NCBI GenBank assembly: GCA_951406725.2
Contig: OX597817.1
Coordinates: 104,780,001 to 104,844,000 of the forward strand
Direction: 5' to 3'
DNA from: Octopus vulgaris
Taxonomy: Eukaryota
DNA: 64,000 nt
This document shows positions 22,806 through 36,047 of this stretch, one piece after another. The notes under the pieces are model-generated. The model was not told where the DNA came from and ran no database searches. It was given only the letters and a program-made list of their open reading frames with translations. The first letter of the stretch is position 1. Every line of letters starts with the position of its first letter. A program made the position numbers and the translations under genes.

Positions 22806-25639
22806 TTTTTTTCCAGTTTATCTTTTTTTTAAAAATGTGATAGTTAAAATTGACCTAAGATGAAACTGCACATTATACAAAATGCAAGTACACAATTCTA
22901 GTGCAGCTCATCACTGTATACAAGTCTGTTATAAATTTAGTCTTAATTGGATGGATGAAATTGTTTTGTCAATGCTAGATTTTGGTTGCATATTTGAGAC
23001 TTTGACATGGTCATCTTCATATCTGAGTCTGAAACAAACTGGTTTCTTTTGAACTTGACATGGTATGTTGTCAAGAACCCAAGCGAGAAATGAAAGAGAT
23101 ACATCAGTAGCCCAAATTATTAGGGCTGGGTTTATCATTGCTTTTTGCTGAAACCAGAAAGAGGATACAAAAATTTAAAAGAATGGGATGTTCATAGTTG
23201 GAACACCTTTAGTTACAGGTATACTCAATCAGGACAGGTTAAGATTAACTACTAAAAACATCACTTAATTCAATATGGCCTTATAGAAAAGCTGATATAG
23301 GGACTGCATAGGTGCTGTACTTGTTGGCCAAATCTCTAAGATCTACTTACGTAACATTTCACTAACATTTAAAGATAAAGGAATGTTGTTGGTCAAATCA
23401 ATTTCTATAAATTACAGGTACTTAGTAGGATGAAAGTGAAAATTGCGTACAATTTAAGACTAAATGAAGGTGGTGAACTGGCAGAATTGTTAGCATGCTG
23501 GGCAAAATGTTTAGCAGCATTTCATTTGTATTTATGTTTTGAGTTCAAATTCCACCAAGGTCAACTTAGCCTTTCACCCTTTCGGAGCAATAAAATAAGT
23601 ACCAATTGATCATTGGGATCGATGTAATCAGCTTACCCCCTCCCCTGAACTTGCTGACCTTGTGGCAAAATTTGAAACCAATATTACACTAAATGAGAAC
23701 CATTCATTTTAAAGTGTGAGTTGTTTGTTTGTTTGTTTTTTTCTTGGCCCATGTCAACAGTGATGAAGGAAATCTTTGAGCAAAAGTGCTCCTGCTACAA
23801 CTGTTGCATTTTTTTTAGTTTGTATACCTAAAACAATTGCTTTCAGTGTTTTCTTTCTTTTCTTTTTTTTTTCCTTTTTTTTTTTTTTTTTTTTTTTTCG
23901 TTTTTAAGACAGCAGTATATGATTTGAAGGAAATTACATTTTTTGATCCCCACAGTGTCAGGAAATCAAAAAAAAAAAAAAAAGAAGATTGAGAACCATT
24001 TCCATAAAGACTTTTGAGTACAAGACTATAGATGTGACAAAGTTTTGGGACTGTGTAATAGGTTGGAGTGCATTGGGGGTGAAGCCTTACCAATCAGTGA
24101 ATATAATAACTGCTCCATCCCTGATGTGTTGATGGTGATGATGGGGATGGGGATCATACTTGTGCCTTTTAGAATTCAGCAGCTGTTTAAAGCAGAAGTA
24201 ATTTCTGGTTCTGAAGTGATGGCCTAGGTTTTTTTTTTTTTTTTTTTCAAATATTGTTTTTGTTATGTTGTAGATAAGTGGAGGTTCTTCTGGCAGTTTT
24301 ACAAACAGAAAATGAGAGAGATAGCACAAACAAGCAAGTTATTTTCTATCTCTTTTAAATTAATTGGCCTCTTATCTCACTGCTGGATCACTGTGCATTC
24401 TATACAACTGTATCAAATAGCACAGTTATGTTTATAGTGAATAATATGTGATATATATATATATAAATATATTTATATAATAAACACAAACAAATTCCTA
24501 ATTATTCAGTGCATGAATAGTATGAAGTCTCTGGAGATTAGCATGAATATATGGTAGTGGTAGACTGGGGGCTAGGGTAGAAAGAAAAAAAAAACTGTTT
24601 GTGCTCTGGTCAATATCCTTATCCACTCAGATAGCTGTACTGGGTCACTCATATTCGCCAGAAGAAAGAAAATAAAGTTCACAGCAGATGGAAAAGCTGT
24701 AGTATCAGCTGGGAAAACAAACTTGTTCATAATGACCAAGTAATTTTACATAGTTGAAACTAGTTGTTATTACCAAAAGTGTTTGTATCCGTAGCATTCC
24801 AAAATTAGGATTAGAACAAAATGAAAAAGAAGAGTCAATGAGTGCAATCATGCCAAGACAGGGGTCAGGTAATGAATTCATATTAAATGATCTGCACTTC
24901 AGTTTTGATAGCTGTTGTAAATGAATGGTAAGCTGGAAATGAAAGGTTATCTCATTTTCAAAAAATGATTAATGAAAGTTATTGTAATAATGTCAAAATC
25001 CTTAAGTTGAGATCATCTCGTTACTTATTGTAGAACAGGTAAAGCTGGAATAAGATCATAAAGAGTAAATATTCATTTTACAAATATTTCCAAGTGAGTA
25101 GACATTATAACCAAGCTAGCATAGATAATTAAATGTAAACTGGTTTCTGAAAACACTCCATACTTTCTACTGCAAATTGAATGCTTTTCAGCTGCATAAA
25201 TTATTCATTGTTTTATGACTTGTCTTCCAAAGATTCAGAACATGTATATATCCAGGCAGTTTTTATTACTCCAGGGATTCATTCAAAGTATAAACTATTT
25301 TTATAGGCTGACTGAGTTTGAAAATGTTCTTTGGGGCTACGCATACTTGTTTATTTTTACTTGTTGCAGTCATTGGATAATGACCATGCTAGAGCACTGT
25401 TTTGAAGAGTTTAGTCAAACAAATCACCCCCCTCACCACCACACCAGTACTTATTTTATGTCTGGTATTTATTCTATCAGTCTCTTTTGTTAAACCATTA
25501 AGTTATGGGGGATGTAAGCAAACCAACACCGGTTGTCAGGCAATGGTGGGAGGACAAACACAAACACAAAGTCACATGTGTGCTTTTATGTATGCATGTA
25601 TGTATGTTTGCATACATTGCCTGGAACTTTGTTGGTAAC

Positions 25640-25942
25640 AATAACGAGTATTCCAGTTGGTACAATCAATCGAATAGTCTGCTCATGAAATATATGTGCA
25701 AGTTGCTGAGCAGTCCACAGACATGTGTACCCTTAGCATAGTTCTCAGCAAGATTCAGCATAACACAAAGTTTGATAAGACAGGCCCTTTGTACAACAAG
25801 TGCAACTCATTTTTGTCAGCTGAGTGGACTGGAGCAATGAGAAATAAAGTGTCTTGCTCAAGGATACAACATGCTGCTGGTAATCAAACACATGATCTTA
25901 TGATCATGAGCCAAATATTCTAGCCACTAAGGCATGCACCTT
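25640..25942 (-). mobile_element. tRNA-derived SINE, fourth family; related copies ~46766(+), ~52990(+), ~59697-60005(-)
   Basis: Shared CAGCTGAGTGGACTGGAGCAATG...GTGTCTTGCTCAAGGA block and a tRNA-like head. Confidence 0.7.
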
Positions 25943-25969
25943 CTCTTAATTCATAGATACATACATATA

Positions 25970-26890
25970 AGAGACCCATGTGGCCAAGACCTATAGGTCC
26001 ACAGCATGCTTGAATATTAAGTACAAACTGTACACATGTTGTTTGAATATGTTTCTCCAAGTCCACTGCCAAACAAATGATGTAATAACTGATGAACATA
26101 TAGGAAGAAAGAAACAAGTCTGGTGCTGTACTGAACAGTTCCTTCTCAACAAAGCTGTCTTTAAGGAAGCCAAATTACATCACTGTAATCTCTTAACAAA
26201 ATAGCTAGACTACAAGAAAGCGTTCAACTCTGTGCCTCATTCATGAATGATAGAATCACTACACCTTACCAAAGTACCAGCTGCTATAGTGAATGCCATT
26301 GAAAAACTGAGCACAACATGGTCTACACTGACTACTAAAGCAACACCTATTTCTTACAAACAGAATTAAGCTATCAACAGACATATTCCAACGTGATAAT
26401 TTATCTGTAATATTGTACTGGCAGTGAACCACTTGTCATCCCTGTTAACAAAATGCCAAGACTATCTGCTGGGATATGCAGAAAAGAATAAAATTAATGT
26501 CACCCATGCATATTTTGTTGGTGACCTAAAGTTCTGATAATATGGTCAACATCAAGAGACAACTAGAACTAGTTGCTTCATTCTCACGAGATACAGGAAT
26601 GGAGTTTGGGCAAGATAAATGCTCATATATTGTAGTTAATTGAGGAAAGATTGTCGACCAGACAGAGAACATGTACATCAATCTCCCCTATCTCTAATGA
26701 TGAAAACTACAAGTACCTTAGAATTGATGAGAATGTTGCATACGTTGGTGCTGTGACTTGTCAGAATAACGAAAGAGTACTTCTGTAGACTCTGGAAAAT
26801 ATGGAACTCTGAGCTGTCTGCATTTAACAATGCTTTTGCAGTGCCAATGCTAGTACCAACATTTGGTATGTTGATACAACTTGGTAAAAT
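25970..26890 (+). pseudogene. R4/Dong-like non-LTR retrotransposon RT fragment
   Basis: CTEQFLLNKAVFKEAK..NL...*LDYKKAFNSVPHS*MIESL, then IFQRDNLS and HAYFVGDLKF (YMDD box). Multiple stops. Confidence 0.8.
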
Positions 26891-27169
26891 TAGAGAATGT
26901 TTTATATACAGAGTTGCATGAGACAAGAATGATTCGCTGATATAGATAAATTAATTGAAGCAAGAATAGTAAAAAAAACAAGAAATATGTAGGAAGAAAT
27001 TAGTACAAATGAGTGTACTTGTAGAAAATCAGGTGAAGGAAAACATGAATTTAGTTATTCATTTCAGAAATTGGTTGTTATGAAAGGAGAAGATAACTCA
27101 TAGATATTTTCACTGTTTAGATTAGTGGATAAAAATAACTTGGTAAATTCATGTATAGTTTACATTGTT

Positions 27170-27596
27170 GCAAGTTCATGATTTGTAGAAAAACATGGTC
27201 TTGGAATCCATTGGAAAATTGGTGAGGGTTTGAAAGACATTAAGTAGGCATACTGTGCTGGATGTATAATGTTAGAGTACACCAATAACAGAGCACAAAA
27301 GAGCTGGCTACAAGAGGAGTCAGATGTAGTGTGCAAAAGAGAAGACTGCACTGCTGTGAGCATGTAAAGCCTATTGAGGATGTCAGTTGAATAAAGATGT
27401 GCCGTGTACCCAATGTGGATGGAATATACTGATGAGCAAAACTTAGAAAGAGTTGGGATAAAATAGTTAAGATTGATCTCAAGTTGAACTTCACTAAAAA
27501 GATGACAAAAGACTGATAATTTCTGATACACAGTGCTGGAGAAAACCTGTCTGCCTATTTAAGCATGGCAAAATGGATGTTAAATGGTGATGAAGG
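27170..27596 (+). mobile_element. RTE-type LINE 3' relic
   Basis: Ends AGCATGGCAAAATGGATGTTAAATGGTGATGA, like the other RTE tails. Body resembles the reverse complement of 37560-37830. Confidence 0.6.
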
Positions 27597-30500
27597 TTGG
27601 AATGTATATTCACATTGGATCTCTCACCATATATATATTCCTGTTGTGTCTCCAAGTATTGCCTTCACACCTCTCCATTTAACCTCATGTCTAACACTCC
27701 ACATCTTTTGTATTCACTGTACCATACCACCTGTGTAAAAAAAAGTTGGCTGAACCATCTTAGTATTATAAGCTTCTGAGCAAATCAGTGAACTTGGTCC
27801 TATAATATTTATTTATTGACTGCAAACCACATCATACATAGATCAAAATTGGGCTTTTAGACCTGTGAGGCCCCTAGGTTATGCCTTAAGATGGCTCTGA
27901 AGGTTGGTGTCTAATCTGTCCCTATTCAAGCCCCTACCATCACCCTTCTTTACTACTAGCTATCACTCTCTTTCCTCATCACTTCTCTCTTACCCACTTG
28001 TGTTGCTATCCACCACTCATTGTCACTTACTATCACCTATCTTTATCGATATTCTTCAATCTTTCATTCTCTTTCTCTCACCTTATTCACTCTCTATCAC
28101 TTTTGTTGACATATATCAATCTATTTTCCCCCTCTCTTTCCATTTTCATTGACATTCCACTTATGTTGTTTTTCTAATCAATTTCTTTACCGACAATAAA
28201 CATTTATAGTTACCTATCACTGTCTTTCTTTTCCTGTCTTCACTCCTATCACTCTGTTATACCCATCATATTCATACTCTCTCTCTTCCTTCACATTCTC
28301 ACTTCGGTTCTCTTTTCATTATCACTTTCTCTCCTAATCACCCTCTTAGTCATATCTAAATGAAAGGTGTAATGAACAGCTTCCAAGGTTCTAAGCTAAG
28401 AGTTGAAACCAAATCTACATTTTTCTACAAGTTCTCTTATTGTTCTCAGCTTTTGCACTAGGAAATTTGAGTGTCAATTGTTAATGTGTAACCTTTTGAG
28501 TCAAACTTAGATCAAGGCTGATTACAGACAAAAAATTTTTTGTTCCATCAGATCTAATTTAGTTAGAAAAAATATAAATACAGAACCCAGAATTGGTTCT
28601 GAGTCTTTGGTTACTTAACATCTAGCTGAAGAGCATTTATTTCTCTCCTCTTATGGCTTGTCATCGTGCAGCAATACAACTTTCACCCTGTCTACTTATC
28701 ATCCCAGAGAGGTAGACTCTCTTACTTTTTCCCGCTCCTTTTCCATCAGTCTTCTAGCAGTCAACAAAAGGAGAAACTAATTACCTACAGAATGGATAAC
28801 CTAATGGAAAATTATCATTATATAACTACGACTTGAAGAAGTTGTATCTTATATTGTAATGATGACGATATAAACATAGAGCCGTTTCAATTAACAATAT
28901 TTTTTTCTTTCATTTAAATGCTACGTATAAATTGTTACACTTTGTGATGCTTATGTGCCAATGTGTGCACATTATCATTACACTTTATAACTTCTGACTC
29001 AAGAATTAAATGACTTCTTTATAAAATTCTACAATAATCATTACAGTCTGTTGACACCCAACTTAAGAATTGCCACTTTCTCTACCAGATGATGCATTCC
29101 TGTGAAGATATGACAATTGGAGATGAAAATTAAACTATCTGAACTGACTTTTGAGCTGCATATATCAGAAAAAATATCTCTATTGCATTTCCAGTTACTC
29201 TGAAGTCTTTCAACTGTTAAATCCTAGATTCATAATTTTGAATTTTCTTTCACATTGAGCACATTTCTGAAATTTTTCCTATTATCATTTGTTTGCTTTT
29301 GACAAACTCTCTAAGGGGAAGAGTGATGTAACAAATAGCTTCCAAGATTGCAAGCCAGGATTTGAAACTGAATCTACATTTTTCTACCAGTTTTCTTTCT
29401 ATATAAAGTGGTTGCCAAATGAACAGAGACAAAAAGGATAGAGAAGACTTTTTCATCTTGCTGAGGACACGACAACCTCTCTAGACCTGGTGCCATAAGA
29501 TGCATCCAGACCACTCTGTAAAAAGGCTGGTGACAGAGAACATATCCAGTTGTAGAAACTATGTCAAAAATAGGATATATGAATGGAACATAGTTGCTGT
29601 TCAGCTCATTTAGGATGGCAGTATCCCCCAAATAAGAACTGGTTCAGAAAGTTACTACTATACAAGCCATGTCTACATAGAAATCAATTATAAATGATGA
29701 TGATGATGATGATCACTAATCATAACAGGGATATTAACATTCTTAATATCTATAAAGAGTTTTTTTCTTTTTTATTAATCTATTTAAAAACACACACCTG
29801 TTTTAAGGTTGCATTGTGTAGGAAATTGCTAAAGGCAAGACGTTTTTTTTTAAGTAAATCACCAAACACATTTTATTTGGATATATGCTATAACTGTCCT
29901 TTTGAATATTGTAGACTTAAGTTCTATGTGGTAATTAATCATCTAATGCATTAAATTATTAACTAAAATCTTTACATGTATATCGTACACTTAAATTGCG
30001 TTATTTGTAGGCCAATATTCGATTTGCTATAAATAGCAGCCAAATTCATTTCAAATCAAAGACTCCTATTTTGAAAAACTCAGGTAATATAGTCCTAAAT
30101 ATACTATATATGATTGAAAAAAATTAATAAACAAAATAAACGTGATAGTCACGACCGGTATGCCTACTTTGATAGGTTTATTCGATCTGGGTTGACCTTG
30201 TGATAACCAATTCTTTATTTATATATATTTTATAATGCTATATTGCATATTTGGAATAAGTCTAGAATTTTTATCGTAACATAATCGTGAATATCTTTTT
30301 AAACCATTCTTATCACGCTGTAAGCATCTCAACACTTCTCACCAATATTTTCTACTTTTTTTTGTAGCTTAAATCATTCATATAAACACAACTTTTGTAT
30401 TGAAAATCATTGTTGTTGATGTTTAACCCTAAGTCAGTCTTGATCGAACAAAACAATGTTTAACTGTGTTCCAGCCATGATTATCCCGTATTATTTTGAG

Positions 30501-30888
30501 GTATAAGTATATCTGGGACCACATTATCAAATGTGTCCTTCTGTTCTCTAAGATTGTTAGGGTGAAATTTGAAGAACATTTAGCTACTATTTCCACCAGA
30601 TCGAACGACGATATAGAGGCACCTTCGTTTTATTGCTTCAATTGTAATATTTTTAGTATAAATATTGTTTGTTAGGTTTTAGAAGTTATTCTGTTTTTTT
30701 TTTTTTTCTTAAGATATTTTGTCCTCGCCACTTCCACGAAAGCTGCTGCTGCTACTACTGTTATGATAAAAGCTGCCGATGTTATTACTACTGTTAAAGC
30801 TGCTGCTGCTTTTGTTGTTGTTGTTGTTGCTGCTGCTGTTAGATTTCGCCGTTACTAGTTAGTCTACTGCTACAACAGTGTATATACA

Positions 30889-30900
30889 ATGGATAATCTG
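30889..30900 (+). CDS. Candidate short first coding exon (MDNL) of the GLCCI1-like gene
   Basis: ACAATGG start context, phase-0 donor CTG|GTGGGC (weak), in frame with exon 31160. Lies in a CpG-retaining region with (GCT/GTT)n repeats. Confidence 0.4.
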
Positions 30901-31159
30901 GTGGGCACTCATTTCTCTTTTTCTCTTCATTATTATTATTTTGTTTGATTCTTATTTTGTTTTTAGTGGTCATTTTCTTTTTTATTGACTGAAGAATTCA
31001 GGTTAATAATAACTATATATATAAAAAAGAGTAATTAGCTATGGGAAGTTGTGGACAGATGTTAAATGTAAATATCTTCCTAAATTGTATATTACCGGTA
31101 GATCAATAGTTATATGAATGGTATTGGTAATAACCTTTTTCTTTAATATCGTATTGTAG

Positions 31160-31261
31160 ACTTCAGAAGACTGGGATGTTTTATGCAGTACTGCTAGTGA
31201 AAAGAAAGCCAAAAAGAGTCACAGAAGATCTGTTTCTTTGGGACATCACGACCAACTGCAG
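31160..31261 (+). CDS. GLCCI1: GLCCI1/FAM117-family protein, exon (34 aa)
   Basis: TAG|ACT...CAG|GTAGGG. TSEDWDVLCSTASEKKAKKSHRRSVSLGHHDQLQ resembles GLCCI1 TPSCW...KRSHQRSASWGSADQL (recalled). Confidence 0.8.
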
Positions 31262-32461
31262 GTAGGGAAAGACTTGGCTAATTCAATTGGAATTTTTCTC
31301 TAATATAAAACTCAGTTTTGCTATCAACGGAATTTCTATCTAATCACACAACCGTCCCTGTCTGTCTCTGAAATATACCTCATCACGCTTTTCATTCATT
31401 CACCCCATCCTTCGTTTTGCTAACTTTATTTACTTTCATATTCTAATGCATTATTTCATCAGACACACACACACGCACACACACATATACAAGAAAAATA
31501 TTTTTTCTATCATCGTTTTAAGTCGAATGAATTCTCTTCTGAAAATGTTTTACACTCATTGTTTGATCTATGGGTCGCTTATAGTGTGTTAGTGTTTGCA
31601 TAACTACATTTAAAAGGCTTTGCCGCGATTACTATAACATAATTTTACTCGTGAACAAATTACATTCATAAGATGTTGATGTTTTAGAAGCGATAGTCAC
31701 AGACTGATGTCGACTCTGGTATCATCATAGGCAAATTTATGATGAGTACCACATTCCTCTGTTCGATATCCAAATCAATGTTTTTTTTTTTTTTCATTTG
31801 TTTTCTCTCATGTTTGAACAGGTCAACAGTCAGTTTTTCCAGTTTAATATTCGATATAAATATAATGAGAATATTACTTCTTTTTAAAAATATTTCGTTG
31901 TGTCTTAAATTAGACACGTTTGTGTTATAATGAAGAAACATATCATTATCCATCTATTTGATTTAATTGGATTGTCAAACTGTCTTGAATGACATGTACT
32001 ATTATTAGAAAATGTAAGGTCAAGTCACGCTAGTGAAACATACATCGCCGCGCACCTGCTCCTTTATAATATTGAAGTTTCGCACTCTGTAAGAGTGCAA
32101 CACAATATACAACTATATACAATGTATTAATTAATACTTTATTGAACTCTTCATTGAAAACATACTAAAAGAAGTGCAGGCATAAGATGATTGAATTGAA
32201 TTGTGAAAGTTGATAAATCATTAAACAAGTACACCTCAGCATTAGTCGAATTCGATCAATCACCACTTTATATAATATTGTCAGCCTGTTGATCTACAAG
32301 TTCTAGATTTTTCTAGATAAATTCTAACTAAATCATTCATTGACTTCACTGTAATTAAACTCTAAATATAACACTAATTAGAAGCAGCCATCTGGTTCTT
32401 GATTTTAAGATTCAGAGTTAAATGTATCATACTTAATGGGTTATATTTTAATCAGTTAACT

Positions 32462-32537
32462 CTCTTTCTGTGTGTGTGTGTGTGTATCTATATGTATGTC
32501 TATATATATATATATATGTATGTGTGTATATATATAT

Positions 32538-32607
<70 letters not shown>

Positions 32608-32810
32608 ATGTATATATATACATGTATGTATATGTATATCTATGTATGTATATATGTATGTATATATGTATATCTATGTATGTATATATGTATATATATA
32701 TATATATATGTATATACATATGTTTATATGTATGTATATATATATGTGTGTGTGTATATATATGTATGCGTCAATGTATGTATCTGTATATATATATATG
32801 TATATATAAT
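32462..32810. repeat. Compound (TA)n/(TG)n/(TATG)n microsatellite
   Basis: Visible directly; source of four spurious ORFs. Confidence 0.95.
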
Positions 32811-35679
32811 AAACCTTAACATTTTTTGTATGGGTTGATGAACCCTCTGAATCTTCCTTTGCACCTAGTTTGTGTGACGCTTGTCAAGTTACAGTACAGA
32901 GGGCCTTAGGAGATGTTTAGACACATTCATACATTATTAGTTACTCGATATTTTAGTTGTATTTTTATCTCTCTAGAAGTATTGCATTACTTCCAGGGTA
33001 AACTGTGGCATATGCATCCCAGTTTAATGTTGCATTAATTCTTCGGTTATTTAGTTAATTTGATTGATGTAACCCTGTAAACAATGATACTAATATGTAT
33101 TTGGAAATAATTCTCTAGCTTGCATCCCATAACTAGTTCTCTCTTTGCCCAGTTTAAGCTTCAGTATAAAAGTATCAGAGGATTAAATTGTATTTGCTTG
33201 AGCTGTGGAACTGTGACCAGGTTATTCAGTTTGCTAGAGATAGCAATCAAATCTATCTCTGCTTCACCCTGCTGTCCTCAACTAGACAGCAGCAGAGATT
33301 ATTCTAGAGGATGAGACAAAGAGTAGATACAACTATAAGTTGGACCCCCAAATTATTGGGTGTTTGTAAGTAAAAGAGACAGCTGTTAATCTCTCTTGGT
33401 GGAGGGTAGAGAAGGAGGCTACCCTAAAAGGGTACATATGCAAACACAGGCTCTCACTTTTCATTATTATATCACAAATATGGGAAAGTAAATTTTCAGA
33501 ATGTCCTGTCATATATTTTTGGCTCAGACCATCTCAGTTCAAATTCCACCTTGGCCAAATTTTCCTTTCATTTTTCCTTGGTCAATAACACAAAGTACCA
33601 GTTAAATGCTGGGGCTGTCAACATCAACAACTGTACTTGATTGGTACTTTATTTTATTATTTTTGAGAACTACAGCCTCACAACTTTCTGGCATTGTGTC
33701 TATAATAGAAATTATTATTATATCAGAAAGCATTTAAAAACCAAAGCATCTCACTGGAAAGCATGGTTGAAAAATTCATTTTGCAACTACATGGTGGAAT
33801 TTTAGGCAAGTGTCTTCTACTACAGCCCCAGGCCAACCAATGTCTGATGAGTGAATTTGTTAGATAGAAACTATATAGAAGCTTATTGTGTGTATGTGTT
33901 TAGTCATGGACAACATGTGGACGACACCCGTACATTATAAAGTGGTTGACATTAGGAAGGGAAGCCAGCTGTAGCAACCAGGCCAAGTCAGATGACTGGA
34001 GCTTGGTGTAGCTCTCTGGCTTATCAGCTCCAGTCAAACCATCTAGCCCATACCAGCATGGAAAATAGACATTAAATGATGATGATGTGTGTGGGCATGT
34101 GGCTTGGAGCTATGCACTTGCTTCTGGAAACAGCCGAAGCAAAGCAAAAGTGGTTAAGTTACTGTCTTTGCAATACTTTCAACCAATGATGAAAAAGTTC
34201 AGCCATATATGTCTATGTGTGTGCATGCCTTTGTGTTTGTCTCCAACCACTTGACAACTGGTGTTGGTTTGTTAACATCCCTGTAATTTAATAGTTCAGC
34301 AAAAAGAGACTAACAGAATATGTACCAGATTGAAATAAGTACTGGAATTGATTTGTTCAACTAAACTTATCAAGGCAGTGCCCTAGAATGACTGCAGTTT
34401 AGTAACAGAATAAAACTGATGAGTAAATATGTCAGAAGTTGAGGATTAAAATGTTTGAAATGTTGAGACAAATATTTAGGAATTCACAGAAAGGATTCAT
34501 TATTTTCACTGGAATTATCATCAAAATAACCTATATAAACTTAACTTGCTTTGTATTTGCTTCACTTGAGAACAAATCTTTTTAGCTTGAACATAATTAT
34601 CGTGGTTTCCAACTTTTCAGATTGAGCTAATGAGGAAATCTTTACTTGGTTATTTGCCTGAGAGAATTAGCAACTACTGTTTCTCAAATCAGACTTCACA
34701 GTTTTAAAAATGGAAGGACACAGTGGATAAGATAGTTCATGGTACATTATGTCTGAAAAGGAGATAGGAGGGTCATGACTCGAACATTTTTGATTATAGG
34801 TTTGTTTAATTCAGGTTGTTCAGTCTCTAAACAACAACTTGTTTAGTTCTTAATCAACTATTTCATTTTCAGGCCCAGTTGATGCTTTAGCTTGAAGAAA
34901 CTTTGAAGTTACTGTCAAAACTACTCTTACTAAAGTATAAAAAATGTATACTCAACCAAATATATTGAGTAATCCTTCAATCTAATGTAAAATTGTTTTC
35001 ATTGCCTCATAAAAATAAACATTAATATATACTTATTAATGTTTGCGTTTTTTTGTCAAATTATGGAAAATAGAACCAATCTTACATTAAATTGAAGGAT
35101 TACTCATTTTTTGTAGTGCATATGTTTATTATTCTTTCTCAAGAATAGTGTTGACAGTGATTTTGACATTATATAGTCTCTGCTAAGATTATTTTTTCTG
35201 GGTTAAGTGGAGCTGTCTTAAATGATAATTAGGTTGTAGGATAAGTTCTGATGGAAAGTTATTGTAGAAAGTTTCTATTGTTTAGAGTTCATTCATGTAT
35301 GTAAAGCTTTGTGATTAGGTGTGTCAACTTCAGGTCTTGGGGTTGTTTTTAGGGCTCACTTTTTCACCTACTTCTTTCATGAATCCTAAAAAACAACCCT
35401 AAGACCATGTGGGTAGGAAGCAAACTTATTACACAGCCACACCTGATATATGTAATCTAATTATAATGAATTCTGAGTTAGTTCATTCAATTATATAAAC
35501 AAGCTTAGAATACAGTACAGAAAAGCCCCCCTCCCCTCATTAACATATATATTAAATAACTTAAATAGGAGGAAGGGCCATGTGCATGACCTTCAGGCCA
35601 TCTGATATAAGAATCTTCAGAATAGAGATCTGCTCATAATGTTTTCAAACTAAAGGCAACCAAAGGCCAGGTAGGGCTA

Positions 35680-35830
35680 CTCAGTACTGTGTGGTAAGAA
35701 ATTTGCGTCCCAGCCACATGATTCCGGGTTCAGTCCTCCTGCATGGCACTTTGGGCAAGTGTTTTCTAATATAGCCTTGTGAGTGGATTTGGTAGACGAA
35801 AACTGAAAGAAATCTATTGTATATATACAT

Positions 35831-35873
<43 letters not shown>

Positions 35874-36047
35874 TCCCTCCCACTGCTCGACAAGTAGTGT
35901 TGATGTGTTCACATCCCCATAACTTAGGGCTTTGTTAAAAGATACCAATAGAATAAGTACTGGGTCAATAAGTTTGACTAAAAATTCCTTAAGATGGTGC
36001 CTCAGCATGGCTGCACTCTAATGATTGAAACATGTAAGAGATAAAAT
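35680..36047 (+). mobile_element. tRNA-derived SINE
   Basis: Family head, internal (TG)n and tail. Confidence 0.85.

Noticed and set aside
32399-32838. ORFs of 87-136 aa rich in Y/I/C/V
   Set aside because: Translations of microsatellite.
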